In this document: positions 55,547 through 64,000 of the stretch, in pieces
Numbering within the stretch: position 1 is the stretch's first letter
Layout of the letters: each line of letters starts with the position of its first letter
NCBI GenBank assembly: GCA_029975645.1
Contig: JARKOU010000002.1
Span: 2,987 to 66,986, forward strand
From: Actinomycetales bacterium
GTDB taxonomy: Bacteria > Actinomycetota > Actinomycetes > Actinomycetales > JAHECE01
Direction: 5' to 3'
Length of the DNA: 64,000 bases
Translations under genes and position numbers: made by a program
Notes under the pieces: generated by a model
The model's input: the letters and a program-made list of their open reading frames with translations, nothing else
Databases searched by the model: none
What the model was told of the DNA's origin: nothing

Positions 55547-56767
55547 GTGTGGGACCATGGAGACGTGACCACGACCGCTGTCCCCGAAGCGTTCACCGAG
55601 CCGGCACCGAGTGCCCTGTTCCTCCTCGGCCGCGGCGTCGACCTTGCCTCCGAGCGCGGCGTGGAGTGCGTCGGCGCACTCCCGTCGCCGTCGGACCCCG
55701 ATCTGGTCGAGCGCGCACGGACGGCCCGCGCCGCCCTCGGGGGGCGCGCCGTCGTCCTCGGGCACCACTACCAGCGCGACGAGATCATCCAGTTCGCGGA
55801 CGTCACCGGGGACTCGTTCAAGCTCGCGCAGAACGCCGCAGCGCGACCCGAGGCGGAGTTCATCGTCTTCTGCGGCGTGCACTTCATGGCCGAGAGCGCG
55901 GACATCCTCACCTCCGACGCGCAGCAGGTGGTCCTGCCCGACCTCGCCGCGGGATGCTCGATGGCGGACATGGCGACCATCCACCAGGTCGACGAGGGCT
56001 GGGACGTCCTCACGGACGTCGGCGTGGCCGAGCGGACCGTGCCGGTGACGTACATGAACTCCAGCGCGGCCATCAAGGCCTTCACCGGACGCCACGGCGG
56101 CACGGTGTGCACCTCATCCAACGCCGAGGTCGCGCTGCGCTGGGCGTTCGACCAGGTGGGCGGCGTCGACGGCGACGGCAAGGTGTTCTTCCTCCCGGAC
56201 CAGCACCTGGGGCGCAACACCGCCGTCGAGCGCCTGGGGCTGTCGCTCGAGGACTGCGTGGTCTTCGACCCCCACAAGCCCGCGGGCGGGCTCACCGAGG
56301 AGCAGCTCGAGCGCGCGCGCATGATCCTCTGGCGCGGCCACTGCTCCGTCCACGGTCGTTTCTCGGCGAAGAACGTCGCGGACGTCCGCGCCAGGGTTCC
56401 CGGCGTCACCGTGCTGGTCCACCCCGAGTGCAAGCATGAGGTGGTCGACGCCGCAGACATGGTGGGCTCCACCGAGTACATCATCCGGGCGCTCGACGCC
56501 GCCGAACCGGGCTCCGCCTGGGCGATCGGAACCGAGTTGAACCTCGTCCGCCGGCTCGCCGCGGCCCACCCGGACAAGACGATCCACTACCTCGACTCGA
56601 CCGTCTGCTTCTGCTCGACCATGAACCGGATCGACCTGCCGCACCTCGTCTGGGCGATGGAGTCCCTGGTCGAGGGGCGGGTGGTCAACCGCATCGTGGT
56701 CGACGCCGACGACGCCCACTGGGCCCGCGTCGCCCTCGACCAGATGCTCGCCCTCCCCGGGCTCTGA
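55547..56767 (+). CDS. nadA: Quinolinate synthase
   Basis: VVLGHHYQRDEIIQFADVTGDSFKLA...FCGVHFMAESADIL...PDLAAGCSMADM...VHPEC...CSTMNRI. The start is GTG 55547 or GTG 55565. Confidence 0.9.
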   Translation: MWDHGDVTTTAVPEAFTEPAPSALFLLGRGVDLASERGVECVGALPSPSDPDLVERARTARAALGGRAVVLGHHYQRDEIIQFADVTGDSFKLAQNAAARPEAEFIVFCGVHFMAESADILTSDAQQVVLPDLAAGCSMADMATIHQVDEGWDVLTDVGVAERTVPVTYMNSSAAIKAFTGRHGGTVCTSSNAEVALRWAFDQVGGVDGDGKVFFLPDQHLGRNTAVERLGLSLEDCVVFDPHKPAGGLTEEQLERARMILWRGHCSVHGRFSAKNVADVRARVPGVTVLVHPECKHEVVDAADMVGSTEYIIRALDAAEPGSAWAIGTELNLVRRLAAAHPDKTIHYLDSTVCFCSTMNRIDLPHLVWAMESLVEGRVVNRIVVDADDAHWARVALDQMLALPGL

Positions 56768-56786
56768 GGCCGACGGGGGGCGCAGC

Positions 56787-57386
56787 GTGGGCACCGACGG
56801 GCCGATCCGGATCGGCATCGTCGTGTTCGACGACGTCGAAGAACTGGACGTGGTCGGGCCGTACGAGGTGCTCGCGTGGTGGGCCGCTGACTCCCCCCTG
56901 CGGCCCCGGGTGGTGACGTTCAGCCGCGACGGCGCCGGCGTGCGGTGCGCGAAGGGCCTGCGCATCCTGCCCGACCACGACGTCGACGGCGCCGGGAAGT
57001 TGCACGTCCTGGTCCACCCCGGGGGTGACGGGACGCGCCGCCTGGCCCGCGACCCGGAACACCTCGCCTGGGTGCGCCACGCCCGGGCGACCACTCCCCT
57101 GCTGACCAGCGTGTGCACGGGTGCGCTGGTGTACGCCGCGGCCGGGCTCCTCGCCGGCCGCGCGGTGACCACCTACCGGGACGCGATCGACGAACTCGTG
57201 GAACTCGAGCCGAGCGCCCTCGTGGACGCCGAGGCGCGGTTCGTGGACGACGGCGACCTCGTCACCTCCGCCGGCGTCTCCGCAGGCATCGACATGGCCC
57301 TCCACCTCGTGGCGCGGTTGGAGTCGGTCGACGCCGCCCGCGCGACCCGGCGGGGCATTCAGTACGACCCCGCGCCCCCGGTCTGA
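56787..57386 (+). CDS. DJ-1/PfpI-family protein
   Basis: IGIVVFDDVEELDVVGPYEVL...SVCTGALVYAAAGLL (nucleophile-elbow Cys)...SAGVSAGIDMALHLV. Confidence 0.8.
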   Translation: MGTDGPIRIGIVVFDDVEELDVVGPYEVLAWWAADSPLRPRVVTFSRDGAGVRCAKGLRILPDHDVDGAGKLHVLVHPGGDGTRRLARDPEHLAWVRHARATTPLLTSVCTGALVYAAAGLLAGRAVTTYRDAIDELVELEPSALVDAEARFVDDGDLVTSAGVSAGIDMALHLVARLESVDAARATRRGIQYDPAPPV

Positions 57387-57445
57387 CGCGTCGCCCGCGG
57401 CCGGGTGCGCCAGCGGGCCGGGCGGGTCAACTACCCTGAGTCCTC

Positions 57446-58036
57446 GTGGCGAAGCAGCAGAACGACCCCCAGCCCCCGGCAGACTCGGTCAACGGTCCGC
57501 AGGACTCCTCGGCCGGCGAGACCGGCAAGGGGCGGCCGACGCCCAAGCGCCGCGAGGCGGAGGCAGCGAACAAGCGGCCCCTCGTCCCCACCGACCGCAA
57601 GGCAGCCGCGGCGTCGGACAAGGCGAAGACCCGCGCGGAGCGCGCCCGCGCCCAGGCGGGTCTCGCGGCCGGCGACGAGCGCTACCTGCCCGCCCGGGAC
57701 CGCGGCCCGGTCCGGCGGTTCGTCCGGGACTACATCGACGCCCGGTGGAACCTCGGAGAGTTCTTCCTCCCGGCGTCGTTCGTGGTGGTGCTCGGCGTCC
57801 TGTTCGCCGGGCGGAACGCGAACATTGCGCTCGCCTCGATCGTGCTGCTCTACGTGCTCGTCTTCGCCAGCCTAATCGACGCCTACATCGCCTCGCGCGG
57901 GCTCAAGAAGCGGGTCCTCGAGCGGTTCGGCGAGGTGCCCAAGGGGACCGTCTCCTACGGCCTGATGCGCGCCTTCCAGATCCGGCCGTCCCGGCTCCCG
58001 AAGCCCCAGGTCAAGCACGGCGGCCTTCCCTCCTGA
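57446..58036 (+). CDS. DUF3043-family membrane protein
   Basis: GKGRPTPKRREAEAANKRPLVP...RDRGPVRRFVRDYIDARWNLGEFF followed by two TM helices is the typical DUF3043 layout. Confidence 0.75.
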   Translation: MAKQQNDPQPPADSVNGPQDSSAGETGKGRPTPKRREAEAANKRPLVPTDRKAAAASDKAKTRAERARAQAGLAAGDERYLPARDRGPVRRFVRDYIDARWNLGEFFLPASFVVVLGVLFAGRNANIALASIVLLYVLVFASLIDAYIASRGLKKRVLERFGEVPKGTVSYGLMRAFQIRPSRLPKPQVKHGGLPS

Positions 58037-58085
58037 CGGGCGGGACGGGCTCCCTGCCGGCCCGGGGGGTCAGAAAGCGCGGGCG

Positions 58086-58304
58086 TCACCAGGCGAACGG
58101 CCGCAGGTCGACCGCAACTCCGACGGCGTCCCCGTCGCGCAGGAGCACCGCCTGCGCCACGCCCTCGCCCTCGAGTCGCCGCCAGTGCGCGCCGAGCCAT
58201 GCCTCCGCATCGAACCGGCCCGAGGCGCCCGGCGTCGCCTCGGAGGCGAGCCGCCCCTCGCGGTCGAGCAGGCGCCACGTCCAGGCCTGGCGCACGGTGC
58301 TCAT
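58086..58304 (-). CDS. Small hypothetical protein (72 aa) translationally coupled to pyrD
   Basis: ATG 58304 overlaps the pyrD stop (ATGA). The product MSTVRQAWTWRLLDREGRL... has no recognisable family. Confidence 0.4.
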   Translation of the reverse strand: MSTVRQAWTWRLLDREGRLASEATPGASGRFDAEAWLGAHWRRLEGEGVAQAVLLRDGDAVGVAVDLRPFAW

Positions 58305-59314
58305 GCCGCCAGCGCCCGGTTCAGACGGCCCACCCACGCGGGGCCGTGGTAGATGAAGGCCGTGTAGGCCTGCAGGAGCGTGGCGCCGGCCGCCAGGTAC
58401 GCCCGGGCGTCGTCAGCGGTCGTGATTCCCCCCACCCCGATGATCACGGGTTCGGGACCGACGCGCTCCCGCAGGCGCCGCACCACTTCGACCCCCCGCC
58501 GGCGCAGCGGCGGGCCCGAGAGCCCCCCGGCGCCGTACGGGTGCGCGATGGTCGTGTTCACGGCGACCACTCCGGCCAACGCCAGGTCGAGGGCCAGGTC
58601 CGCCACGGCGTCGACGTCCTCGTCGGAGAGGTCCGGAGCGATCTTGACCAGAAGCGGGACGTGGTGACCCGCGGCCCGGTCCGCGGCCTCCTGGACCGCA
58701 GCCAGGATGGGCCGCAGGTGCTCCACCGCCTGGAGGTCCCGCAATCCGGGGGTGTTCGGTGAGGAGACGTTCACCACGAGGTAGTCCGCCCACGGCGCCA
58801 CCTCGCGAGCACTCGCCTCGTAGTCCGCAACGGCGTCCTCGGCCGGAACCACCTTGGTCTTGCCGATGTTCGCGCCGACCACGAGCCGCCGGCCCGAAGC
58901 GCTCTCCCGCAGGCGGCGCAGCCGCTCACCCGCTGCGCGCGCGCCCCTGTTGTTGAAGCCCATGCGGTTGACCAGCGCCTCGTCCTCGAGGACGCGCCGC
59001 AGCCGCGGTCGCTCGTTGCCCGGCTGGGCCTGCGCCGTGACGGTGCCGACCTCCACGTGGGAGAACCCGAGCATCGCAAGACCATGGACCGCGGTGGCGT
59101 CCTTGTCGAACCCGGCCGCGATGCCCACGTACCCGGGCACCTCGCGGCCGAAGACCTGCACGGTCGAGGGCGGCCTCCCACCGGCGAGGACGCGATGGAC
59201 CACGGCGGACACGCCGGGCATGCGCCCCACCACGCGGATGGCGCCGATCCCCAGGTGGTGGGCCCGTTCGGGATCGACATGGCAGAACACGTGGCGGAAG
59301 ACGAACCGGTACAC
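58301..59314 (-). CDS. pyrD: Dihydroorotate dehydrogenase (quinone), class 2
   Basis: DPERAHHL...GIAAGFDKDA...GFSHVEVGTVT...NRMGFNNRGA...VNVSSPNTPGLR...GVGGI. Confidence 0.9.
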   Translation of the reverse strand: MYRFVFRHVFCHVDPERAHHLGIGAIRVVGRMPGVSAVVHRVLAGGRPPSTVQVFGREVPGYVGIAAGFDKDATAVHGLAMLGFSHVEVGTVTAQAQPGNERPRLRRVLEDEALVNRMGFNNRGARAAGERLRRLRESASGRRLVVGANIGKTKVVPAEDAVADYEASAREVAPWADYLVVNVSSPNTPGLRDLQAVEHLRPILAAVQEAADRAAGHHVPLLVKIAPDLSDEDVDAVADLALDLALAGVVAVNTTIAHPYGAGGLSGPPLRRRGVEVVRRLRERVGPEPVIIGVGGITTADDARAYLAAGATLLQAYTAFIYHGPAWVGRLNRALAA

Positions 59315-59373
59315 GAGGCGTCAGGCTATCCGGGCGGAAGGACGGGAGCCGGGACGTGGGTCAGGGGTCCGCG

Positions 59374-59832
59374 TCACGTCGCCGCGCGCCCCGGCCTCGT
59401 CCGGCTCAGGTAGACCAACCCCAGAACGGGCAGGACCAGCGGCACGAAGCCGTACCCCACGCCGAACACCGACCACACGGTCTCGTCCGGGAAGTCCTGC
59501 GGCGCGCCGAGGCTCAGCGCCCCCACCGCCAGGACGCCGACGAGTTCGACCGAGACCGCCACCCAGGCGACCACCCGCGCGCGGGGCCCGTTGTGCGCCA
59601 ACGCGAGCGTGGCCACCACGTACACGACCGCGGCGAACGCGGACAGGCCGTACGCGAGGGGCGCCTCGGCCGCCCGGGTCGCCAGCTGCACCACCGATCG
59701 CGCCGTCGCGGCCAGCGCCATGACCGCGTACACCGCGATGAGCACCCGGCCGGGCCCGAGCGAGCGCGGACGGTCGTCCAGCTCCGGTGTCCCGCGGCTC
59801 TCCGGGATCTCCGGAGGCACGGCGGCAGTCAC
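59374..59832 (-). CDS. Hypothetical integral membrane protein
   Basis: About four TM helices are present (VLIAVYAVMALAATA, AFAAVVYVVATLALA, VVAWVAVSVELVGVLAVGAL, GFVPLVLPVLGLVYL). GTG 59832 overlaps the stop of the upstream membrane gene (GTGA). Confidence 0.5.
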   Translation of the reverse strand: MTAAVPPEIPESRGTPELDDRPRSLGPGRVLIAVYAVMALAATARSVVQLATRAAEAPLAYGLSAFAAVVYVVATLALAHNGPRARVVAWVAVSVELVGVLAVGALSLGAPQDFPDETVWSVFGVGYGFVPLVLPVLGLVYLSRTRPGRAAT

Positions 59833-60194
59833 GACGCACCCGTTTGCGACCAGACCTGCACCATCCGAACCTCCATGACTGCCAGGGTGACGCAGCCCAC
59901 CACGAGGACCACCGAGCTCCAGCGGGTGCGCTCGACCAGGGCCCAGACGGCCGCACCGGGAAGGACGAGCAGCGCGAACACGAGGTAGCCCCAGAACGTG
60001 GCGGCCTCGGCGAGGTCGTGACCGCCGAGGACCGCCACCGCGGCCACGACCGCCTGGACCACCAGCGCGGCCTCGACCACGCCGGCAGCCACCAGTTGCC
60101 GCAGGATCACGGGCTGGTCTCGCAGGGCCCGCACGCCCGCCCAGGCACCCAGGGCGAGGGCGAGGACGGCGACGACGATGGCGGTGACGGGCAC
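59829..60194 (-). CDS. Hypothetical integral membrane protein
   Basis: Four TM helices are present (VTAIVVAVLALALGAWAG, AGVVEAALVVQAVVAAVAVL, FWGYLVFALLVLPGAAVWAL, VVLVVGCVTLAVMEV). The start GTG 60194 is tentative. Confidence 0.45.
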   Translation of the reverse strand: MPVTAIVVAVLALALGAWAGVRALRDQPVILRQLVAAGVVEAALVVQAVVAAVAVLGGHDLAEAATFWGYLVFALLVLPGAAVWALVERTRWSSVVLVVGCVTLAVMEVRMVQVWSQTGAS

Positions 60195-60262
60195 GCCGGG
60201 AGGGTACTCGTCCCACCGGGCGGGCGCCGCTCCTCCCCGGACGGGCTCCGGCGGCGGGTACC

Positions 60263-61759
60263 GTGAGGCGCGTGACCGACCTCGCTCTCTCCGCGGCAGA
60301 CCCCGCCCGGCTCGACGTCGACGCGCTCGTGGTCGCCGTCGCCGATCGCGATGGCTCACCGGCGCTCCTGGACGACGGCGCGCTCCCCCCGGCGCTCGCA
60401 TCGCGCCTCGTCGCGGTCCTCTCCCCCCTCGGCGTACGCGGTGCCATCGACGAGGTGGTGCGGATCCCAGCCGGCGACGACGTCGCCGCCGACCTCGTGG
60501 TCCTCACCGGCGTCGGGTCGACGGCGCACGGGGGCATGGGCGCCGAGACCCTGCGCCGGGCCGCGGGCGCGGCCATCCGTAGTCTCGACGGCGCTCACAG
60601 CGCAGCACTCCTGCTCCCCGCGGAGACGGTCGAAGAGGTCGCCGCCGTCGCCGAGGGCGCGCTCCTCGGTGCCTACCGGGTGGCCCGCTACCGCACGGAC
60701 GGGCCACACCCGGTCACCGAGATCACGGTCGTGACCGACCTCGCGCGGGATCGTGGCGCCCGCGCGGCGGTCCGCCGGGCGGAGATCCTCGCGCGGGCGG
60801 TCCACGGCACGCGCGACCTCGTCAACGCCTCTCCCGCCGAGATCTTCCCGGCCTCCTTCGCCGACGCCGCTGTCGAGGCCGCGAAGGGGACCAAAGCCAA
60901 GGTCACGGTGCTGGACGAGGTGGCCCTGCGCGAGGGGGGCTTCGGCGGGCTGGTCGGCGTCGGGCAGGGATCGACCAGGCCCCCGCGGCTGGTGAAGGTC
61001 TCCTACGCCCCGGCTCGGGCCCACGCCCACGTAGCCCTCGTCGGAAAGGGGATCACGTTCGACTCCGGCGGCCTGTCCATCAAGCCCGCGAAGTCGATGG
61101 AGACCATGAAGTGCGACATGGCCGGAGCCGCGGCGGTGCTGCACGCCGTCCTGGCCGCGGCCGCCCTCGAGATCGGGGTGCGTGTCACCGGCTGGCTGGC
61201 CCTGGCGGAGAACATGCCCTCGGGGAGCGCGCAGCGCCCGTCGGACGTGATCACCATCCGTGGGGGGTCCACGGTCGAGGTGCTCAACACCGACGCCGAG
61301 GGTCGGCTCGTGCTCGCCGACGCGCTGGTCGCCGCGGTCGAGGAGGGTCCCGACGTCGTCGTCGACGTCGCGACGCTCACCGGCGCCCAGATGATCGCGC
61401 TCGGCAGCCGGGTGAGCGCCGTCATGGGAACGGAGTCCGTGCGCGAGGAGGTGGTCGACGCCGCACGCGAGGCCGGCGAGGCGTTCTGGCCCATGCCCCT
61501 CCCGGACGAACTCGAGGCGTCGCTGAAGTCCCCGGTCGCGGACATCGCCAACATGGGCGAGAAGCACGGCGGCATGCTCGTGGCCGGTGTGTTCCTGCGG
61601 CGGTTCGCGGGCTCCGTACCGTGGGCGCACCTGGACATCGCCGGCCCGGCGTTCAACGAGGGCCAGGCCTTCGGGTACACCCCCCGCGGCGGCACGGGCG
61701 TGTCCGTCCGGACCCTCGTGGAGTTCCTCGAACGACGGGCCGCCGGTCACCGCGCATGA
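60263..61759 (+). CDS. pepA: Leucyl aminopeptidase (M17)
   Basis: VGKGITFDSGGLSIKP...MKCDMAGAAAV...NTDAEGRLVLADAL...ATLTGA. The start is GTG 60263 or GTG 60272. Confidence 0.9.
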   Translation: MRRVTDLALSAADPARLDVDALVVAVADRDGSPALLDDGALPPALASRLVAVLSPLGVRGAIDEVVRIPAGDDVAADLVVLTGVGSTAHGGMGAETLRRAAGAAIRSLDGAHSAALLLPAETVEEVAAVAEGALLGAYRVARYRTDGPHPVTEITVVTDLARDRGARAAVRRAEILARAVHGTRDLVNASPAEIFPASFADAAVEAAKGTKAKVTVLDEVALREGGFGGLVGVGQGSTRPPRLVKVSYAPARAHAHVALVGKGITFDSGGLSIKPAKSMETMKCDMAGAAAVLHAVLAAAALEIGVRVTGWLALAENMPSGSAQRPSDVITIRGGSTVEVLNTDAEGRLVLADALVAAVEEGPDVVVDVATLTGAQMIALGSRVSAVMGTESVREEVVDAAREAGEAFWPMPLPDELEASLKSPVADIANMGEKHGGMLVAGVFLRRFAGSVPWAHLDIAGPAFNEGQAFGYTPRGGTGVSVRTLVEFLERRAAGHRA

Positions 61760-61781
61760 CGCCCGGAGGCAGGCTCCGACG

Positions 61782-62126
61782 TCAGCGGCGCTTGGCCGCC
61801 CGCTGCGCTGACGTCCACTCCCGCATGCGGGACGGGTAGCCGGTCAGCTGCACGTCGTAGACCGGCATGCCGAGTTCCCGAGCCAGGTCTCGGGCGGCGG
61901 CCGCGTCGGGCACCTTGCGCCGGGTCCACTCACCCGAGCGGGCGACGAGCACCATGGTGGTCTGGTCGAAGCGCGTCGCCGGTTCGATGTACGCCTCCAC
62001 GCCAGGCCTCGTGGCCTGGAAGTCCCGGAAGTGGGCGAGCGTGGCGGCTCGTGCCTTGCTCGGGGATACGGAAGGCTCGGCGGCACCGGTCCCCGAGCGT
62101 CGTCCCCGCCGTCTGAACAGGCCCAT
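61782..62126 (-). CDS. Hypothetical protein (114 aa)
   Basis: MGLFRRRGRRSG...VEAYIEPATRFDQTTMVLVARSGEWTRRKV...PVYDVQLTGYPSRMREW. Codon usage is consistent with coding. No family was recognised. Confidence 0.45.
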   Translation of the reverse strand: MGLFRRRGRRSGTGAAEPSVSPSKARAATLAHFRDFQATRPGVEAYIEPATRFDQTTMVLVARSGEWTRRKVPDAAAARDLARELGMPVYDVQLTGYPSRMREWTSAQRAAKRR

Positions 62127-62272
62127 GCGTCCAGGGTACGGTCCCCATCCGAGGACACCTCTGCGTGGCCCACGGACGCCAATTGGGCATACCGCATCCA
62201 CGTGCCAGGATGTGGAATCTGGAAGACTCCCCCCGACATCCCTGCCCGGCTATCGGCCCAGAGGAGAGGTAC

Positions 62273-63664
62273 GTGACACAGACGTCTGCGACCCCCGACC
62301 TGTTCGACATCGTGATCCTTGGGGGCGGGAGCGGAGGCTACGCCACGGCGCTGCGTGCCTCCGGCCTCGGCCTGACCGTCGCCCTCATCGAGGCCGAAAA
62401 GGTCGGCGGCACCTGCCTCCACAAGGGATGCATCCCGACCAAGGCACTCCTGCACGCCGCGGAGGTCGCCGACGTCACGCGGGAGTCGGAGGAGTTCGGC
62501 GTCCACGCCACCTTCAACGGCATCGACATGACCAAGGTCAACGCCTACAAGGACCAGGTCATCGGGAAGTTGTACAAGGGCCTGCAGGGCTTGGTGCACC
62601 ACCACGGCATCACCTACGTGGAGGGCTGGGGCACGCTCGTCGCCCAGGACGCCGTCCAGGTCAACGGCCAGATCTACCGCGGCAGGAACGTGGTCCTCGC
62701 GTCCGGTTCCTACGCCCGCTCGCTGCCCGGGCTCGAGATCGGCGGCCGGGTCATGACCAGCGACCAGGCGCTGCAGATGGACTGGATCCCGTCGAGCGCC
62801 ATCGTGCTCGGCGGCGGCGTCATCGGCGTCGAGTTCGCCAGCGTGTGGAAGTCGTTCGGCGTCGACGTGACCATCGTCGAAGGCCTGCCGCACCTGGTCC
62901 CGAACGAGGACGAGTCCCTCTGCAAGGCGCTCGAGCGGGCCTTCCGCAAGCGGAAGATCAACTTCAAGCTCGGCGCTCGCTTCTCGGGCGTCCAGCAGAA
63001 CGACTCGGGCGTGGTCGTCTCCCTCGAGGACGGGTCCACGCTCTCCGCTGACGTCCTGCTCGTCGCCGTCGGGCGCGGTCCGGCGACCGCAAACCTCGGC
63101 TATGAGGCCCAGGGCATCCCGATGGAGCGCGGATTCGTCCTCGCGAACGAGCGGCTGCACACGGGCGTCGGCAACATCTACGCCGTCGGCGACATCGTGC
63201 CCGGCCTGCAACTGGCTCACCGGGGCTTCCAGCAGGGCATCTTCGTGGCCGAGGAGATCGCCGGCCTCAACCCGCCCGCCATCGTCGAGTCCGGGATCCC
63301 GCGCGTCACCTACTGCGAGCCCGAGGTGGCCTCGGTCGGCCTCACCGAGAAGCAGGCACGGGAAAAGTTCGGCACCGAGCACGTCACGGTCAGCGAGGTC
63401 AACCTCGCTGCGAACGGCAAGAGCGGGATCCTCAAGACGGCGGGCTTCATCAAGCTCGTCCGTCAGACGGACGGTCCCATCGTGGGTGTCCACATGATCG
63501 GCGCCCGGCTGGGCGAGCAGATCGGTGAGGCACAGCTCATGGTGAACTGGGAGGCGTACCCCGACGACGTCGCCTCCCTCGTGCACGCCCACCCCACCCA
63601 GAACGAGGCGATCGGTGAGGCGGCGCTCGCGCTGGCCGGCAAGCCGCTCCACGCCCACAACTGA
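62273..63664 (+). CDS. lpdA: Dihydrolipoyl dehydrogenase (E3)
   Basis: GTG 62273 follows SD GAGGAGAGG. The FAD site is FDIVILGGGSGGYATA. The redox-active disulfide is GGTCLHKGCIPTK. The C-terminal motif is HAHPTQNEA. Confidence 0.9.
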   Translation: MTQTSATPDLFDIVILGGGSGGYATALRASGLGLTVALIEAEKVGGTCLHKGCIPTKALLHAAEVADVTRESEEFGVHATFNGIDMTKVNAYKDQVIGKLYKGLQGLVHHHGITYVEGWGTLVAQDAVQVNGQIYRGRNVVLASGSYARSLPGLEIGGRVMTSDQALQMDWIPSSAIVLGGGVIGVEFASVWKSFGVDVTIVEGLPHLVPNEDESLCKALERAFRKRKINFKLGARFSGVQQNDSGVVVSLEDGSTLSADVLLVAVGRGPATANLGYEAQGIPMERGFVLANERLHTGVGNIYAVGDIVPGLQLAHRGFQQGIFVAEEIAGLNPPAIVESGIPRVTYCEPEVASVGLTEKQAREKFGTEHVTVSEVNLAANGKSGILKTAGFIKLVRQTDGPIVGVHMIGARLGEQIGEAQLMVNWEAYPDDVASLVHAHPTQNEAIGEAALALAGKPLHAHN

Positions 63665-63691
63665 CACCTGGTCGAAGGAGACAACAAGGTC

Positions 63692-64000
63692 ATGTCCGAC
63701 TCCGTGAAGATGCCGGCCCTGGGCGAGAGCGTCACCGAAGGCACCGTCACCCGCTGGCTCAAGGCCGTGGGCGAGACCGTCGAGGTGGACGAACCCCTCC
63801 TCGAGGTCGCCACCGACAAGGTCGACACCGAGATCCCCTCGCCGTTCGCCGGCGTGCTCGAGCAGATCCTGGTGGGTGAGGACGAGACGGTCGCCGTCGG
63901 CACCGAACTCGCTGTCATCGGCTCCGGCGCCGCCGTTGCGGCCCCGGCGGCCCCGGCGGCCGCTCCCGCTCCGGCTCCTGCGCCCGCCCCGGCGGCCGCT
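63692..64000 (+). CDS. sucB: 2-oxoacid dehydrogenase E2 (dihydrolipoamide acyl/succinyl-transferase), N-terminal lipoyl domain; 3' end outside the window
   Basis: ATG 63692 follows [60 protein letters not shown] carries the lipoyl-Lys motif TDKV, followed by an Ala/Pro linker. It is not in the ORF track because it runs off the window end. Confidence 0.8.
   Translation, partial: MSDSVKMPALGESVTEGTVTRWLKAVGETVEVDEPLLEVATDKVDTEIPSPFAGVLEQILVGEDETVAVGTELAVIGSGAAVAAPAAPAAAPAPAPAPAPAAA

Overview
High-G+C actinobacterial chromosomal DNA, judged from composition and gene content: qcrCAB-ctaCDEF, a DUF4192 gene, DUF3043, a PASTA kinase and an HrdB/SigA-type sigma factor. Gene order from about 27 kb onward resembles the Mycobacterium tuberculosis Rv2173-Rv2215 region. 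The window has two parts. (1) Positions 1 to about 19,600 are a mosaic, decaying mobile or accessory island. It contains an IS1182-family element nested inside an IS256-family transposase gene and a visibly AT-richer islet. That islet carries two divergently transcribed proteins, each with an N-terminal Mrr-type (PD-(D/E)xK) nuclease module fused to an unrecognisable C-terminal region. This pair is my best candidate for an undescribed defence-type system. The island also holds a frameshifted IS1634-family transposase, an IS110-like fragment, an ORF truncated by a second IS256-family element, an orphan MobF (TrwC/TraA-type) relaxase-helicase, and a higBA toxin-antitoxin cassette bracketed by 18/19-nt direct repeats. 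It ends with a tRNA-like 3' remnant, a GntR-HAD-GH32 sugar cargo module and a tyrosine recombinase abutting the 3' end of sigA. (2) Positions about 19,690 to 64,000 are conserved core genes: sigA, gcvTHP, a DUF4192 gene, polyprenyl synthase, a LysMx3-SLT hydrolase plus a PASTA Ser/Thr kinase, DAHP synthase, PPi-PFK, plsC-like acyltransferase, glucokinase, an acyl-CoA ligase, a DEDDh/GIY-YIG nuclease, trpD, ctaE-qcrCAB, sodA, ctaFDC, cysteine desulfurase-TusA, FKBP, erpA, nadA, DJ-1, DUF3043, pyrD, pepA, lpdA and the start of sucB. No rRNA, intact tRNA or CRISPR array was seen. All calls rest on reading the supplied translations and the DNA by eye; no database search was run. Start codons were refined by eye from SD-like motifs and are less certain than stop codons.
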